DNA from: an uncultured Cetobacterium sp.
GTDB taxonomy: Bacteria; Fusobacteriota; Fusobacteriia; Fusobacteriales; Fusobacteriaceae
NCBI GenBank assembly: GCA_949293295.1
Contig: CASFCG010000016.1
Location: 78,658 to 142,657, forward strand
Reading direction: 5' to 3'
DNA length: 64,000 bases
This document shows, one piece after another, positions 60,507 through 64,000 of this stretch. The notes beneath the pieces were generated by a model. The model saw nothing but the letters and a program-made list of their open reading frames with translations. It made no database searches and was not told the origin of the DNA. The translations under genes and the position numbers were made by a program. Every line of letters begins with the position of its first letter. Positions within the stretch are counted from its first letter, which is position 1.

Positions 60507-60739
60507 ATTGAAAAAAATAATAAAAGAATGATTTAGATATAATTGTTATTTAACATAAAAATATCTACAAAAGATGAATTTATTTTTTACTTAATTAAAG
60601 TAAAATAGGGTGTCAGTATGAAAAAATGATATTTAATGTTGCAATATATGCAAAAATAAAAATAAATTTTTATTGATAAAATTAACATTACGAAGTATAA
60701 TAGAACGAACATTAAAATAAATGAGAATAGGGGGAAGAA

Positions 60740-62242
60740 ATGAAAAAAAGATTTAGTATGCCAGACACATATGTCATAATATTTTTTGTTGTAATTTTTG
60801 CAGCAATACTTACACATACTGTGCCTGTAGGGAAATTCCAAATGGAAAAAATTACATATGTCACAGAGAGCGGAACCAAGAAGACTAGAGAGGTTCCAGT
60901 AGCCGGGAGTTTTACTTATGATTTAAATGAGCAAGGAAAACCTTTAATAAAAGGAGTAAAATTTTTTGAACCTGGAGGGAATGTAGGGATATCTAACTAT
61001 GTTTATGAAGGGTTAACAAGTGGAGATAAATGGGGTACAGCTGTTGGCGTGATAGCTTTTATCATAATAACTGGAGGAGCTTTTGGTATAATTTTAAGAA
61101 CAAAGGCGGTAGAAGCTGGGCTGTATACATTGATTAAAAAGACAAAAGGGTCAGAGTATCTACTCTTTCCAATAGTGTTTTTCTTCTTTTCACTAGGTGG
61201 AGCGATATTTGGAATGAGTGAGGAGGCTATTCCATTTTCAATGGTAATAATACCGATAGTGATAGGGATGGGATATGATGCTATTACAGGAATATTAATA
61301 ACTTATGTTTCTACTCAGATAGGCTTTGCTACTTCTTGGATGAATCCATTCAGTGTAGCGATAGCTCAAGGTGTATCAGGGATTCCGGTGCTTTCTGGAG
61401 CTAAATTTAGAATAGCAATGTGGACTTTTTTTACTGTTTTAGGAATAATCTATACTTTAAGATATGCTAAAAAAATAAAAGAGAATCCGCAACTATCAAT
61501 TTCATACGAAACTGATGCTTATTATAGAAATGACTTTAATCTTTCAGAGCAAGAAAATACAGAGTTTAAGTTAGGACATAAATTAGTTTTGTTGGTAATA
61601 TTTTTAGGAATGGCTTGGATAATTTACGGAGTTGTGAAATACGAGTATTATCTTCCTGAGATAGCTACTCAATTTGTAATTATGGGAGTTACTGCCGGTA
61701 TAATTGGAGTAATATTTAAACTTGAGAATATGAAAGTAAATGATATAGCTTCATCTTTTAGAAAAGGAGCGGAGGAGTTAATAGGAGCAGCAATGGTAGT
61801 TGGAATGGCTAAGGGAATAGTTTTAGTGCTAGGGGGAGCATCAGCAGGAGAATCAAGTGTGCTTAATACTATTCTTAACTGGGTTGCCAACGGACTTAGT
61901 GGATTACCAGCTACTGTGTGTTCTTGGGTAATGTATATATTCCAATCTGTGTTTAATTTCTTTGTTGTATCAGGCTCTGGGCAGGCAGCTCTTACTATGC
62001 CTATTATGGCTCCATTAGCAGACTTGGTAGGAGTATCTAGACAAGTGGCAGTTTTAGCTTTCCAATTGGGAGATGGATTCACAAATTTAATAGTTCCTAC
62101 ATCTGGAATACTGATTGCTGTTTTAGGAATAGCAAAATTAGATTGGTTAGTATGGGCTAAATTTCAAATAAAGCTACAAGGGATTCTATTTTTCTTTGGG
62201 TCAATGTTTATAATACTCGGAGTATTGATAAACTTACAATAG
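60740..62242 (+). CDS. YfcC-family transporter (putative basic amino acid antiporter)
   Basis: MPDTYVIIF, GMSEE, NPFSVAIAQG, SGSGQAALTMPIMAPLADL, FQLGDGFTN. Confidence 0.9.
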   Translation: MKKRFSMPDTYVIIFFVVIFAAILTHTVPVGKFQMEKITYVTESGTKKTREVPVAGSFTYDLNEQGKPLIKGVKFFEPGGNVGISNYVYEGLTSGDKWGTAVGVIAFIIITGGAFGIILRTKAVEAGLYTLIKKTKGSEYLLFPIVFFFFSLGGAIFGMSEEAIPFSMVIIPIVIGMGYDAITGILITYVSTQIGFATSWMNPFSVAIAQGVSGIPVLSGAKFRIAMWTFFTVLGIIYTLRYAKKIKENPQLSISYETDAYYRNDFNLSEQENTEFKLGHKLVLLVIFLGMAWIIYGVVKYEYYLPEIATQFVIMGVTAGIIGVIFKLENMKVNDIASSFRKGAEELIGAAMVVGMAKGIVLVLGGASAGESSVLNTILNWVANGLSGLPATVCSWVMYIFQSVFNFFVVSGSGQAALTMPIMAPLADLVGVSRQVAVLAFQLGDGFTNLIVPTSGILIAVLGIAKLDWLVWAKFQIKLQGILFFFGSMFIILGVLINLQ

Positions 62243-62529
62243 AAAAATTATAAAAGTATATAAATAAAGAAGAGAGTTTTATTCTAGTAAATTAGTAAAA
62301 TTTTCTTCTTTTTACTTTAATATTGATATGATAAAAATATTAAAAATTTAACAAACTAGAATATTTTATAATTTTGAGTTATATGTCCATTTTAACATAA
62401 GAAAAGGTTAAAAATGGATAAAAGAGTAAAAAAACTATTTTTTAAATTTATATGGTAGTAATTTTATAATTAATATGATATAATATAGGGTCAAGTATAA
62501 ATAATAAAGATAGTAGAGGTGTTGTATTT

Positions 62530-64000
62530 ATGAAGAAAGGGTTTGACCATAACAAATATCTTGAAGAGCAATCAAAATATATTTTAGAACGTGTTAATAA
62601 TTTTGATAAACTTTATCTTGAGTTTGGTGGAAAATTGTTATTTGATTTGCATGCTAAAAGAGTCTTACCTGGATTTGATGAGAACGCTAAGGTAAAATTA
62701 CTTCAAAAATTAAGAGAGAAAGTAGAGGTTATTATTTGTGTATACGCAGGAGATATCGAAAGAAATAAAATTAGGGGTGATTTCGGTATTACCTATGATA
62801 TGGATGTTTTTAGATTGATAGATGATTTGAGAGAAAGAGGATTAGAAGTAAATAGCGTAGTAATCACTAGATATGAGGAGCAACCATCTACTGCATTGTT
62901 TGTAACAAAACTAGAGAGAAGAGGAATAAAGGTTTATAAGCACAAGGCTACTAAAGGATATCCTACAGATGTTGATATGATTGTGAGTGAAGAGGGATAT
63001 GGACAGAATCCTTATATTGAAACAACTAAACCGATTGTTGTAGTTACTGCTCCTGGACCTGGAAGTGGAAAATTAGCTACTTGTTTGAATCAATTATATC
63101 ACGAAAGTAAAAGAGGAATAAATGTAGGATATTCAAAATTTGAAACATTTCCAGTTTGGAATATTCCATTAAAACACCCTTTAAATATTGCGTATGAGGC
63201 GGCAACAGTTGATTTAAAAGATGTAAACATGATTGACCCTTTTCATTTAGAAGCATACAATCAAACTTCTATAAATTACAATAGAGATGTAGAGGCTTTT
63301 CCAGTTTTGAGAAGAATAATAGAAAAAATTACAAATAAAGAATCAATCTATAAATCTCCAACTGATATGGGAGTGAATAGAGTTGGATTTGGTATCGTTG
63401 ATGATGAAGTTGTAAGAGAAGCTTCAAAGCAGGAGATTATAAGAAGATATTTTAAAACTGGTTGTGAATATAAAAAAGGTTATGTTGATAAAGAAACATT
63501 TCAAAGAGCTATTTTGATTATGGAAGAACTTGGATTGAAAGAGAGTGATAGAAAAGTGGTTCCTGTTGCTAGAGAGTATTTAAATAGTAAGAAATCTGTT
63601 TCTGAAAATACGGAGTTATTTTCGGCGGTAGCTCTAGAGTTGACAAATGGGACTATTCTGACAGGGAAAAGGTCAAATGTCTTAGATGCACCATCAGCAG
63701 TATTGATTAATGCATTGAAAGAGATAGCAGGGATAAATGATAGTATTCACTTAATATCTCCAACAATAATAGAGGACATAACAAAATTGAAAAAGAATAT
63801 CTTACAATCAAAAAGTTTAGGATTGGATTGTGAAGATATGTTGATAGCTCTTACAATCTCTTCTGCTACAAATCCAGTGGCACAAGCGGCATTGGAACAA
63901 TTACAAAATTTGAAAGGAGCTCAACTGCATTCTACAACTATTTTAAGTAAATCAGATGAACAAACATTGAGAAAATTGGGAATTGATGTTACTTGCGACC
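62530..64000 (+). CDS. DUF1846 (UPF0371) family protein, 3' end runs off the window
   Basis: Not in the ORF track; read by hand: [49 protein letters not shown]...[14 protein letters not shown]...KFETFPVWN. Confidence 0.88.
   Translation, partial: MKKGFDHNKYLEEQSKYILERVNNFDKLYLEFGGKLLFDLHAKRVLPGFDENAKVKLLQKLREKVEVIICVYAGDIERNKIRGDFGITYDMDVFRLIDDLRERGLEVNSVVITRYEEQPSTALFVTKLERRGIKVYKHKATKGYPTDVDMIVSEEGYGQNPYIETTKPIVVVTAPGPGSGKLATCLNQLYHESKRGINVGYSKFETFPVWNIPLKHPLNIAYEAATVDLKDVNMIDPFHLEAYNQTSINYNRDVEAFPVLRRIIEKITNKESIYKSPTDMGVNRVGFGIVDDEVVREASKQEIIRRYFKTGCEYKKGYVDKETFQRAILIMEELGLKESDRKVVPVAREYLNSKKSVSENTELFSAVALELTNGTILTGKRSNVLDAPSAVLINALKEIAGINDSIHLISPTIIEDITKLKKNILQSKSLGLDCEDMLIALTISSATNPVAQAALEQLQNLKGAQLHSTTILSKSDEQTLRKLGIDVTCD

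Overview
AT-rich bacterial chromosomal window, mostly core genome. Gene content and order (lpxI-type lipid A cluster with rph-rdgB-smc-lpxK, glmS ribozyme, class III RNR, DUF1846) point to a Fusobacteriaceae-like Gram-negative anaerobe; this is inference. Contents: a partial K+/H+ antiporter, glmS with its ribozyme, a six-tRNA operon and a lone tRNA-Leu(CAA), udk-dNK-LysE-mnmA-pssA, a ~15 kb pcrA/lipid A/smc/nadD gene run, a sucrose-PTS plus alpha-galactosidase locus flanked by near-identical terminators, nrdDG with NrdR boxes, a minus-strand run (large LptD-like protein, thrS, nucleoside-phosphorylase-like protein, SP-lyase-like radical SAM), ridA, cstA, htpX, a DUF2156-pepA-Eis-like-(AMP/ACP/PlsC fusion)-5'-nucleotidase operon, yfcC-like and a partial DUF1846 gene. 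No CRISPR array, prophage or intact transposase was seen. Best leads: (i) the coupled phosphorylase-like and SP-lyase-like pair in a presumed non-sporulator; (ii) the DUF2156/Eis/acyl-activating-fusion operon as a possible amino-lipid or acylation pathway; (iii) a ~300 bp protein-free IS200/IS605 remnant that retains an omegaRNA-like end. All family calls are by motif recognition by eye; no searches were run.
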